Shown: positions 29,306 through 38,800 of the stretch, piece after piece
How positions within the stretch are numbered: position 1 is the first letter of the stretch
Layout of the letters: each line of letters begins with the position of its first letter
Notes under the pieces: generated by a model
Database searches by the model: none
What the model was told of the DNA's origin: nothing
The model's input: the letters and a program-made list of their open reading frames with translations, nothing else
Program-made: the position numbers and the translations under genes
Source of the DNA: a virus
Lineage: Duplodnaviria > Caudoviricetes
Virus record (IMG/VR): IMGVR_UViG_3300032038_000053
Location: 13,788-77,787 of that record
Direction: 5' to 3' (one strand)
DNA length: 64,000 bases

Positions 29306-29441
29306 TTCTGAGAATATTGGCAACTGGAATACCAATTTAATGATTTTAGATGCCAAACTGGTAAAAGCATCATGCATCAGACGTTGAATGGAGCGATGCT
29401 ATGTATGTGAAAAAGAAGTAGCCAGTTGCTCTGCATCAGAA
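29306..29441 (-). ncRNA. Y RNA (Yrl)-like element, copy E
   Basis: TTCTGA-TGCAG-AGCAACTGG-CTACTTC ... CCAGTTGC-CAATATTC-TCAGAA. Confidence 0.7.
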
Positions 29442-29500
29442 ATTATAAAAACATATTCTAGTTCGAGAGGGTTTGAATATGCGTTTATCGTATTTAATAG

Positions 29501-30103
29501 TTACCAAGTAAATGCGTAACCAAGACCGTTCTTGAGATCAGAACGAAGGGGATCTGCAAATGTTGCCTTGTTTTCCAGACCGTTTACAGTAACAATTGCA
29601 AACTTCTGTGTTGGTTCAGCTGTTACAGGTGTTACTTTTGCAGCAAAGATGTAATTAGTACCCTTCACTACCTGAGTACCTAACAGAGCAAACGGCTCAA
29701 CCTTAGAACCAACAAAGCCTTCGAAAGTCTTATCGAATACAGTCTTTGCATCTTCGGAGATTTCAGTCTTGACATCAACAACTGTTCCACCAAGACCAGT
29801 ACCACCTTCAACAACTCTTTCGATATTGACAATTGCAAAGTCGTTGCCCTTTTCATTGAGAATTACCAGAACAACATTCTTGGTATCTCTACCAGTGATA
29901 ACAACTTGTTCTGCGAGAATGGCATGATTTGTACCATTCACAACCTGAGAACCAAGATAAGCAATTGGTGTATACTGAGCACCAAGCAGCTCACCAAGCT
30001 TTTCAGTAAATGCGGAAGAAACTGTAGCAACCTTCTGTGGCATTGAGCCTGTTGTCATATCGACAATCTCGACATTCCATGTACCTACTGACATATGAAT
30101 CAT
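29501..30103 (-). CDS. tandem cystatin-like (QxVxG) two-domain protein
   Basis: internal duplication: LGSQVVNGTNHAILA and LGTQVVKGTNYIFAA. Confidence 0.6.
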   Translation of the reverse strand: MIHMSVGTWNVEIVDMTTGSMPQKVATVSSAFTEKLGELLGAQYTPIAYLGSQVVNGTNHAILAEQVVITGRDTKNVVLVILNEKGNDFAIVNIERVVEGGTGLGGTVVDVKTEISEDAKTVFDKTFEGFVGSKVEPFALLGTQVVKGTNYIFAAKVTPVTAEPTQKFAIVTVNGLENKATFADPLRSDLKNGLGYAFTW

Positions 30104-30129
30104 CTCCTAAAATAAATAAATTTAATAAA

Positions 30130-30209
30130 GTCTGAGAATAATACAATTGGCGTTAGATGTAACCGAATAAATGTTTCTGTTAGAAGTATCCAATTGTGCT
30201 GCATCAGAC
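30130..30209 (-). ncRNA. Y RNA (Yrl)-like element, copy D (minimal)
   Basis: GTCTGA-TGCAG-CACAATTGG-ATACTTC ... CCAATTGT-ATTATTC-TCAGAC. Confidence 0.7.
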
Positions 30210-30221
30210 ATCTATTTTGAA

Positions 30222-30305
30222 TTCGAGCATTTTGATATCGGTTTGGCTATAGATAGTGTTGGCAACATATAAATCTTTTGAAGTAACCGATAATCCTGCT
30301 TCGAA
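30222..30305 (-). ncRNA. Y RNA (Yrl)-like element, copy C
   Basis: TTCGA-AGCAG-GATTATCGGTTACTTC ... AACCGATATC-AAAATGC-TCGAA. Confidence 0.65.
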
Positions 30306-30571
30306 ATTCATTTTAAATTAACTGAGATGGCCGTATCTCATTCTAGGAGGTCAACCTGATGGACTATGATTATGCGTGTAAGAATATAAATCATCCAACC
30401 ATCTCAGTTTGTGGTAGCTGTTTTTTCCTGTCTTTAACGCCCTCTTCGATAAACAGCCAAAACGTCATGCGCCCGTCTTTTCAACTTGCTGGCCACCAAG
30501 CGATAGGCCGAACCCACATCCTATCCCGTACCCCTCGCAGCTTCCTTCTAATGATACTTTCTCGCATCACA

Positions 30572-32245
30572 TTATTGTGATGCTTCTATATTATCCCATT
30601 GCTTAATGTATTCGTTTGCAAATGAGATTTCTTTGCCAGTCCAACCAGTCATGATTGCACAACGATAAGCCATGATTGGCATTACAGTATTGTCATAACC
30701 AGCTGTCTGAATACAAAATACATTCAGCTTTGGATTAATCTTTTTACGATATGTTTGGATTAACTTGTATACATCGATGTGCTGTCTACCGGTAAAACGT
30801 GGTCCACATCCATATCCCATCTTTGAATATGCAGCAATATCGGAATGTTCACCATACAATCCACCAGTACCAGCTTGCATATCGGAATAAATAAAGAGAT
30901 TGTCAATGTGTTCTTTGTTCTTAATAGCACGCCATAAGTATTTCCAAATACCACCTTCGGTTGCTCCGCCAACATCATCACATTGACCCTTATCAATCTT
31001 ATGAGCCTGACTCAGAACACCCTTTCTCTTTGAGATTGGATATGCAATATACCGATCACCAAACTTAACAGCATCCCCTTCATCAGAACAAGCGCATGCC
31101 AATACAGCTGACAGATTGTCAATATTGGCAACACGAACAATTCCATATTCCGATACAAATCTACCCCAAGCAGATCCACTATTATCAGACAGAGCAACTG
31201 TTCTACCACTCAGATGTGGAAAGTTATCAACGGCAATATCAATGCATTCTTCCAAAGCATCTAAAATCATTTGTTTGTGATTGATCACATCTGTACATTC
31301 ATCAATCGCTGTATAAGCGGATGAATAACGGAACGGGAATTGTTTACCATCTGGAACTCCATCTTTCAGTTTCTGTAAGATACGTTTACAAGTATCCATA
31401 TCACTGATTTCTTTGAAGATGTTACGGAGGTTTCTCAATAATGCCATATGACCAATATCAATTGTGTGAAGAATATCAGCCCATGTTGCACCATCGGATC
31501 TCAACTGTTCCCATGTCTTTTGTTCATTAACCACGTTAACAGTACCAGTCTTCATCAGCTCGTTAATGACTGTTGAATTGGCATGGCATAAACGAACAGT
31601 ATTGATCATGCCGATTTCGAAGTTTTTATATTTGTTAATCTGAACAGGTGATAATGCCTCCAAACGATCTGCCATAGAACGTTTCAAAATAGAAGGCATT
31701 TGATTCTTCTTACCATCATTCAGCCATAAATAATAAGCAGCTTGCATTGCTGGTTCATCAGGTCTTTTCATTACCTTATATTCTAACTGTCTGAACAAAC
31801 CAGGATGTGTTTTGTTGAATTCAGCACGTTTTGGATGAAGTGCTGCACGAACCATGATGACCTGAGGATTCAATCTCATGTAATAAGTATTGCGTAAATG
31901 AACTGCCAAACGAATTGTCGCTTCATAATCATAATCCAGCGCTTTGTCAATCACATCGGTGAAGAATTCAGTTGCTGTCTTTTTATTGTATTCCGGGAAT
32001 AATGCATCAGTAATCAGATCATCAATCAAATATACGGAATCATGTGAATAATGAAATCCACCACTACTACAATAGAATCCGCCACTACGATAATACTGTG
32101 CTTCTCCAAAGATGGAAGAAGCTGCAACAAGCTGTAATGTCTGAATGGGATTTAATTTGTAACTAATTCCATTCATAAAGTTTGTTGTAGCACCAAGGGA
32201 TTCTTCTTTTTTCTGATTAGAGACTGCTCTTGAAATCTTACTCAT
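30572..32245 (-). CDS. rsr: Ro60/TROVE-domain RNA-binding protein with vWA domain
   Basis: HEAT-like TROVE region (LRNTYYMRLNP, HMALLRNLRN, KQFPFRY) and MIDAS SDNSGS; C-terminal IQTAGY. Confidence 0.92.
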   Translation of the reverse strand: MSKISRAVSNQKKEESLGATTNFMNGISYKLNPIQTLQLVAASSIFGEAQYYRSGGFYCSSGGFHYSHDSVYLIDDLITDALFPEYNKKTATEFFTDVIDKALDYDYEATIRLAVHLRNTYYMRLNPQVIMVRAALHPKRAEFNKTHPGLFRQLEYKVMKRPDEPAMQAAYYLWLNDGKKNQMPSILKRSMADRLEALSPVQINKYKNFEIGMINTVRLCHANSTVINELMKTGTVNVVNEQKTWEQLRSDGATWADILHTIDIGHMALLRNLRNIFKEISDMDTCKRILQKLKDGVPDGKQFPFRYSSAYTAIDECTDVINHKQMILDALEECIDIAVDNFPHLSGRTVALSDNSGSAWGRFVSEYGIVRVANIDNLSAVLACACSDEGDAVKFGDRYIAYPISKRKGVLSQAHKIDKGQCDDVGGATEGGIWKYLWRAIKNKEHIDNLFIYSDMQAGTGGLYGEHSDIAAYSKMGYGCGPRFTGRQHIDVYKLIQTYRKKINPKLNVFCIQTAGYDNTVMPIMAYRCAIMTGWTGKEISFANEYIKQWDNIEASQ

Positions 32246-32280
32246 ATGGATATTCCTCCTACATAAATAAATTTATAAAA

Positions 32281-32441
32281 AATTCCGAGAATATTAGAAA
32301 GAGTTTTTATGGGCACTAGAGGCCATCTAGTTTTCGTGGCTAAGTTTTACATGTATATGCCACGTTTACATGGAGCTTTCGGCTCAGAGAAGAGTAAATC
32401 CTATTATCTTCTGAAGTAACTCTTTTCTCTGCTTCGGAATT
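32281..32441 (-). ncRNA. Y RNA (Yrl)-like element, copy B
   Basis: AATTCCGA-AGCAG-AGAAAAGAGTTACTTC ... AACTCTTTCT-AATATTC-TCGGAATT, enclosing four hairpins. Confidence 0.72.
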
Positions 32442-32448
32442 ACTGGAT

Positions 32449-32559
32449 ATGTGTGAGAATGTTGGACCTGTTTCTTGTAGGACTCGAACCCACATAGTTA
32501 CCTAAACACAGTAATGATTAACCATAAATCGAAGTAACAGAGTCCTCTGCTTCACACAT
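32449..32559 (-). ncRNA. Y RNA (Yrl)-like element, copy A, with tRNA-like cloverleaf
   Basis: same terminal motif enclosing D arm GATT-TATGGT-AATC, anticodon-like arm TTACT-GTGTTTA-GGTAA and T arm GTGGG-TTCGAGT-CCTAC. Confidence 0.78.
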
Positions 32560-32597
32560 TGGTCGAAGTGACAGGGCTTGAACCTGCGGCCTCTCGT
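32560..32597 (-). pseudogene. 3' half of interrupted tRNA-Pro (variable loop, T arm, acceptor strand, ACCA)
   Basis: ACGAG-AGGCC-GCAGG-TTCAAGC-CCTGT-CACTTCG-ACCA; acceptor strand pairs with 5' half at 33555..33590. Confidence 0.8.
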
Positions 32598-32617
32598 TTT
32601 GAATATTGTTAAATTTA

Positions 32618-32692
32618 TCGGGATAACCCGGATCGAACGGGCACGATGTCCAAATCCCAAATTTGGCGGCCTACCAGTTGGCCCATATCCCG
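32618..32692 (-). tRNA. tRNA-Pro(TGG), intact
   Basis: CGGGATA/TATCCCG acceptor, CCAAA-TTTGGGA-TTTGG anticodon arm, no encoded CCA. Confidence 0.9.
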
Positions 32693-32693
32693 T

Positions 32694-33506
32694 TCAATTT
32701 TCTTCATAAAACTTCCAGTGAAATCCACCAGATGTTTCACATCTATTGTGACAACATTCACCGATATTTGTTCTATCGGCTCCTGTAAATTCAGCTGCTT
32801 GTTTTATTAAATTATAGATAACACCTGTCTCAACACAAATTACAGGTTTTCTGGTTTTAGCAGTTCGCATTCCAAAACTGTTATTGTCTAATAAAGAAAT
32901 CCATTCCAAATTCTTAAGATGATTATGCTCCTTTATCTCATCAATATGATTGATTCCCAGAATTTTCATATCATCTATTGGATTAAATGTTTCCATAACA
33001 ACTCTGTGTATGCTAACATTCTTCTCGAACCCAAAATCACATAGTTGAACACGAGAATACCCTTTCTTACTCAAAGCGGGTTTTAATATTATATTATTCC
33101 TTAGAGATCTAATACGACCATGATCTGATACCTGATAATTTTCGAAATCTTTTATAGGTCTCCATTCTTCAATATCTTCAACCCATCTCAAATTATCATA
33201 ATTAGAGTTTCTGGTGTCACCATCAATATGTTCAATTTTAGCAAAATGATCAACTAATTCTTCAGGTGGAGTAACAAATGCTCTACCAACTAATTCATCT
33301 ATTGGAAAATATCTTATATTGAATTCTGGAAATATTGAGTTTCTGGAACGTAATAAAAGTGCTATGAAATCATATCCGTTTGATGAATGATACGATGCAC
33401 AAACAGGTTCATCGTCAATATTAGATTCTGTTCGAATTCTACCGTAATTTGATATAAGAAATCCATCAGCAATTTCTGGATGCTGTAATTTTCTCCAAAC
33501 TTCCAT
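32694..33506 (-). CDS. HNH homing endonuclease (tandem NUMOD4-HNH units plus C-terminal NUMOD1-like HTH)
   Basis: EVWR..ISNYGRIR..EHIDGDTRNSNYDNLRW; EEWRPI..VSDHGRIR..NHIDEIKEHNHLKNLEW; KPVICVETG. Confidence 0.9.
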   Translation of the reverse strand: MEVWRKLQHPEIADGFLISNYGRIRTESNIDDEPVCASYHSSNGYDFIALLLRSRNSIFPEFNIRYFPIDELVGRAFVTPPEELVDHFAKIEHIDGDTRNSNYDNLRWVEDIEEWRPIKDFENYQVSDHGRIRSLRNNIILKPALSKKGYSRVQLCDFGFEKNVSIHRVVMETFNPIDDMKILGINHIDEIKEHNHLKNLEWISLLDNNSFGMRTAKTRKPVICVETGVIYNLIKQAAEFTGADRTNIGECCHNRCETSGGFHWKFYEEN

Positions 33507-33554
33507 TTATATTCACCACCTTTTTGAGATGATATATTATTATTTAAACAAGAT

Positions 33555-33590
33555 CCAAATCAAGCACTCTCCCAGCTGAGCTACACCTCG
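33555..33590 (-). pseudogene. 5' half of interrupted tRNA-Pro(TGG)
   Basis: CGAGGTG-TA-GCTC-AGCTGGGA-GAGT-G-CTTGA-TT-TGG. Confidence 0.8.
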
Positions 33591-33682
33591 AAACAAAACA
33601 TGCTTCATCACATTGCTTTGTAATTATTAGTAATATATGATGTAAAAATAAAAAATAGATGGGGGCAATTGCCCCCACCAAA

Positions 33683-33949
33683 TTACTTATTACCCCATGA
33701 GTTCGGATGCTGGAAGCCAAACGAAGAATTTGCATAAAACTGTGCATTCGGATCATTACCAATTTTCAACAGATGTTCATCACACTTCCATATTGTCGGA
33801 TAAATGTAATGGGTGTTGAACGGAACTGCACCACGTAACATGTCTTCCAGAATTGTCGATAAGTCGTTAGTAGATTCATAAAAGTGAGCCGGGGTAGCTT
33901 TCTCACCATAAATGCTATCAACGCTGTCGGTGTCAGAATAAAGATACAT
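33683..33949 (-). CDS. 88-aa protein with PolB-like motifs
   Basis: SD AAGGAAGTG, own AT-rich upstream region and downstream hairpin; YSDTDS and YANSSFG. Confidence 0.65.
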   Translation of the reverse strand: MYLYSDTDSVDSIYGEKATPAHFYESTNDLSTILEDMLRGAVPFNTHYIYPTIWKCDEHLLKIGNDPNAQFYANSSFGFQHPNSWGNK

Positions 33950-34025
33950 AAAATCACTTCCTTTGTAATGTTGATTTGAATCACGGTTGATTCTTCATTA
34001 CGTATAAATGATATATGTATCAAGA

Positions 34026-35888
34026 TTAATTATTTAATGCCTTTTCCAATAACTTATTAACTGTCGCAAAATCATCCGCACAAATCTTAGATAATTTTTG
34101 GAATCCCTTTACTGCAGCTTGCATATATTGTGTTGCAGTCTCATATACCTTTGGATTCGTTCTCCATACAGATCTATCATCTGCTTCCAAACCAGCCAAT
34201 TCATCAGCAACATATCTAGTGACTTGTAATGCTGGAGTAAGTGTTTTTGCAATTTTATCAAGAATATATAGGTAATTTGTTAAAGGCGGTTTTACTTGAA
34301 CACCATCTGCAGGGAAACCATCAAAATCATTAGAATGAAAATCATTATTCAAATACTGCTGGTCCTCTTGATAACTTGTAAAAAAGACTTTCATAATACC
34401 AGCTTGGTTTTGATCAGTAATTGCAACTTTCGTTTTGATCGGATCTAATGATGTTGCATATTTATATGCCGTAACAGCTGGTGGTTTACCGGAATACTTT
34501 GGTGTATTCACTTGGAATAATCTTTTAATTTGCATTACTTGCGATGCATAATTTGCACGAAGTTTAGATAAACCAACCGCTTCTTGAATTAATGCCCAAC
34601 AGCAATTTGCATAATATAATAATGGATCAACATCCATATTATTTGTACGATCATCCCACATATACAACATGACACCATCAGCAAATAAATCACGTAACTT
34701 ATGGCGTCTTAACCATTCCAATGCTTTTACAAATCGATGGTTTCCTTTTTCGATGAATGTTTTAATTCCGTTAATAATTTTTCCAAACAATTTAAAGATT
34801 CCACCAATTAGAGTAACCAAAATTTTGAATGGAGACATTTGCTTGTTGTATTGCTGGTTAACGGTTACTGAGATATCTTCTTGATAGAACGATGGTTCTT
34901 CCAACATCAAGATCTGATTAGACAAACGGTAATCATTTGTATACTTTGCTTGTTCCATGACAAGTCTTAATGTTTCCGCATGAATAAATGCACGTTCCAT
35001 TTCTTGATATGCCTCTTGTACATCTTCAACAGCATTTTCAATTGCTGCATCATTTGCTTCCTTCGATGCAGAATGCAAATTAAATTTATCAACAGCCGTT
35101 GTCATTGCAGAACCTTCATCCATTCCATAAGAAATCAGTTCTTCATATTCTTTACGAATATCAGGATCACGGGGAACATATTTTTCACCAGTGATCTCTG
35201 CTTTTGCAAACAGCAATTGTTCTAGATGATATCTTTCTTCATCACCAATATCAGAATACAATCTCTGAAGAATGTCAATCTTAGAAGTCTTAGCAGCTTC
35301 CATATAATCAGACAATGCCTTTGCTTCATCTGCAACAAACTCCATGATTCTTGTAATTTCTTTTGGATCATATTGATTGTTTGGTAAATCATCACCACCA
35401 TGTTGACCAAATGTTTTAATTGGATCATCATCTGGTGTATCATCTGTATTATCAATCTCCAGAAGTTCTACATCATAACCGTCATCTGATTCATCATCTA
35501 ACGTGGGAAGATCTTCATCCGTATCATTAGATGGCTCTTCTTGTAATTGTGGTTCTTCCGTATCAACCAACATTGTATCATCATCTTCATCGTCAAGTGT
35601 CGGTAAATCATCATCATCAATTTCTTCTTGTGGTTGTGAATCATCCATCCCATCAGTCATATCATCTTCATCATCTAATGTTGGAAGGTCTTCATCATCC
35701 ATATCTTCTTCCATTTCTTCAGCTTCCTGATAATAATCCTGTGATGAATAAAAGAAGTTGTCCAATCCACGACCACCTGCCATTCTCAATTGATGGTCAC
35801 GTTGTCTTTTGATCTCACGTTCACGTTTACGTTCAATCTCCACACGTCTGTTAAAATCTTCAATTGATCTCATTTGTATCATCTCCAT
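34026..35888 (-). CDS. putative virion (inner head) protein, acidic N-terminal region
   Basis: 620 aa; DEDLPTLDDE repeats; YYQE/FYQE motifs. Confidence 0.65.
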   Translation of the reverse strand: MEMIQMRSIEDFNRRVEIERKREREIKRQRDHQLRMAGGRGLDNFFYSSQDYYQEAEEMEEDMDDEDLPTLDDEDDMTDGMDDSQPQEEIDDDDLPTLDDEDDDTMLVDTEEPQLQEEPSNDTDEDLPTLDDESDDGYDVELLEIDNTDDTPDDDPIKTFGQHGGDDLPNNQYDPKEITRIMEFVADEAKALSDYMEAAKTSKIDILQRLYSDIGDEERYHLEQLLFAKAEITGEKYVPRDPDIRKEYEELISYGMDEGSAMTTAVDKFNLHSASKEANDAAIENAVEDVQEAYQEMERAFIHAETLRLVMEQAKYTNDYRLSNQILMLEEPSFYQEDISVTVNQQYNKQMSPFKILVTLIGGIFKLFGKIINGIKTFIEKGNHRFVKALEWLRRHKLRDLFADGVMLYMWDDRTNNMDVDPLLYYANCCWALIQEAVGLSKLRANYASQVMQIKRLFQVNTPKYSGKPPAVTAYKYATSLDPIKTKVAITDQNQAGIMKVFFTSYQEDQQYLNNDFHSNDFDGFPADGVQVKPPLTNYLYILDKIAKTLTPALQVTRYVADELAGLEADDRSVWRTNPKVYETATQYMQAAVKGFQKLSKICADDFATVNKLLEKALNN

Positions 35889-38800
35889 TGTTTAATTTCA
35901 TAAAGTACATTTTATCAGTTGCCTCAGAAACAACCCATCCATGCTTTAGATACATCTGTAAAGCACGATCATTGTCTCTGTTGACAGTTAAATGATCTGC
36001 ATGGAATTCGTCCACAGCAATCTGTAATAAGTCAGTACCAAATCCCTTGGTTTGATATTCTGTAGAAACTTCCAATGCAGTAATCCATCTTTCACCATTT
36101 GCTTTCTTCTCAATCGCAACATATCCAACAACAACATCTGAATTGTCAATATAAATAGCACCATGTGTATCCTTTGTAACTCTCACATGTTGTAATCCAA
36201 CTTTGAATGAACCTTGCGGTGCATATTGTTTCACAGATTTTGGTGTTAATGGAATATACTTATAATCCGCTTTTAGTTTATTATGGTGATTTTCCATATA
36301 TGATTCCTGAACAAAGCCATTCAATTTTGATTCCATTTCTTTGGGTGTTAAATCAAAGAATGTTTCTGGTTCTAATAAACCACTTTCATCAATGAATGAG
36401 ATACCTTGCTCGTTGAACAAATGATCCTTAAATGACATTAATGCATAGATTTCGAATGGTGTATCCGGATCAAAGTTATCCAATTGAGCATACAGCTTTT
36501 CACCATCTTCATTCAAATATTGTTTTTCGTGCATGAAATTGAAAAACGTAATCATCATTTCATTACGATGTCCAATACGGATTTCATCCTTAATTGCTTT
36601 CCCATTCTTGTAAATATTATCAATCATTCCAAGATATGTATCTCCATCCACAGGTTCCATGTTTGTTACATCAATCAAATCTTGATTCATGGATTCTTTT
36701 TGTTCATCTGTCAATGTAATATTGAAACTGTTGATGAGATGTTGAACTGCATCTTCCATATCTCTAACTAAGAATACACCATTCTTGTCGGGGGTTAATG
36801 ATGTTTCAATCAATACAACAGAATCTGCATCATTTGGAACAATGGTGAATTGATGCCAAAATGTAATGGGGATCTCCGGTGTTTCTTCATTCTGAATATT
36901 CACATTCAAGAAGAATACTTGATATGGCAAATCCTTTTGTTTCAATAAGTTACCAACATAGAATGCATGTTCAAAGCAACAACCAAGTTTGGATTCTTCA
37001 ATAGATTGGATTGATTGAGAATGATAATCCACAATCATCTTCCAAGAATCTTTAAATGGTGAAGCAGTGATTCGTTCTCCATCTTCATTCAAACATCCAT
37101 ATTTGATTTGTAATGCTTGTTGATAAACTTCTCCGGTCATTTGTTTTAATTCATTAACAGATACTGCTGATTCTTGGTATGATCTGTTCTGATACTTTTG
37201 ATCACGAGCCATTCCATCACAGAAGTATTGACCATGCTGACTCATCCAATCCATGCATTCTTCTTTTGTTGCACCATATTTTGGATGTCCTTTATATTGA
37301 AATACGGAATACTTGAATTGATGATAATGTTTCTTAACCGTTTTTAGACGGAACATTGTTCTGGTCAAACGATCAAACTCCATTTCCAATGCACGTTTCA
37401 ATGTTAATTTTGATTCGGTTTCTGAACCATCGACATCTTTTTTGATAACTGTCAATTCAGCAGCTAATAACTCGGAAGTATTATCACCAAATGCATCAAA
37501 TCCAAAATGGATTAAAGCATATTGATCCAGATCAGGTAAAGGAACAATTGTCAATGTATGAGTGATCGTTGGTTTTGTTTCAGTAATAATGTAGAATTGC
37601 TTGAAATCAATGCTGCGTTGTTCACAATAGTCACGGACATATTCGTTATAATCTAATGACAAACCACCCTTATACTTTTCAAACTCTTGTGGAGATAAGA
37701 AGTGATAATGTTTTTCAATCTTCTTTTCAGATTGCTCTTTCACTTTTCCATGGCTATTTGGAATACCAACCTTGTAGTTATGAATTTTATCATATAACGT
37801 TTGTAATTGTTTCCATGTTGGATGATCAAATAATTCATTATGTTTATCATGTGGGATGTCTTCTTTAAACTTGATATCGGTAAATGCTTCTTGTGTAATA
37901 TCATCATCGTCATCCAATGATTCATAATGATCTAATTCAATGATGTCTTTCGGATTGAAAATAACCGTTGCAGTTTTCGCAAATACGATATCCATTGGAT
38001 CAAATAATCCATCATATCCTTGTTTATTTAATTCTGAAACAATACGGCTATCTGGTTTAAGAAAACTAAAATGCTTAATATCATCGAATTCAAATTCTGA
38101 TTTATGATATACCTTTTCAAGAATATCAAGAACTGCATCAGCGCCTGCAATCTTTAACTCTTTTTTTAGTTTATATACAGCAATCTTTGCAGATGATTTG
38201 TTATCGACAATTCCGTGTTTTGGATCTGTATATTTCAAAGCATCTGCTCTTGTTAATGTAACATACTTTCGTTTTGTACCAATTGATTCTTTTCGATTCG
38301 TAATTCGATACAACAACGAACCAGCTTTTACTGTTTTATCTTTTACTTCTGGATATTCTTTTATAATCATATCCCAATCTTTAGAATCTACTGTTAGTGT
38401 TTTATCTGGACCAGCTGGAATGTCAATTTCACGATCATCAGAGCATTGAATCATTGTCGCTTCCTGTACAGATTCATCCAAGTATGGTTTTAAAACATCC
38501 CATTGTTCCCACGCCATATTCAATTCTTTTGCACGTTTAACAATATTCCTAGCCAATTCTTCTTTGTATTCTTCTGGAGCTTTACTAAAGAAACGAACTG
38601 CTTGTAACACGTGTGTCTCATCTGTTAATGGATATTTACGTAATGATGGAATTCCATATTGTTTATCCTTTAATTGTTTACGTTGTTCAGTGGATAACTT
38701 TCCTTCCATAAACAATTCATCATCAATAACTTCGACAGAAGAATCCATCATCATTTTGAATAACTTGTTACGAACTTTATCAACACCAGTTGAACGAATA

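Noticed and set aside
32598-33554. Self-splicing group I intron in tRNA-Pro
   Set aside because: Only ~50 nt and ~20 nt of non-coding sequence flank the HNH and inner tRNA; no P7 (R/S) elements found
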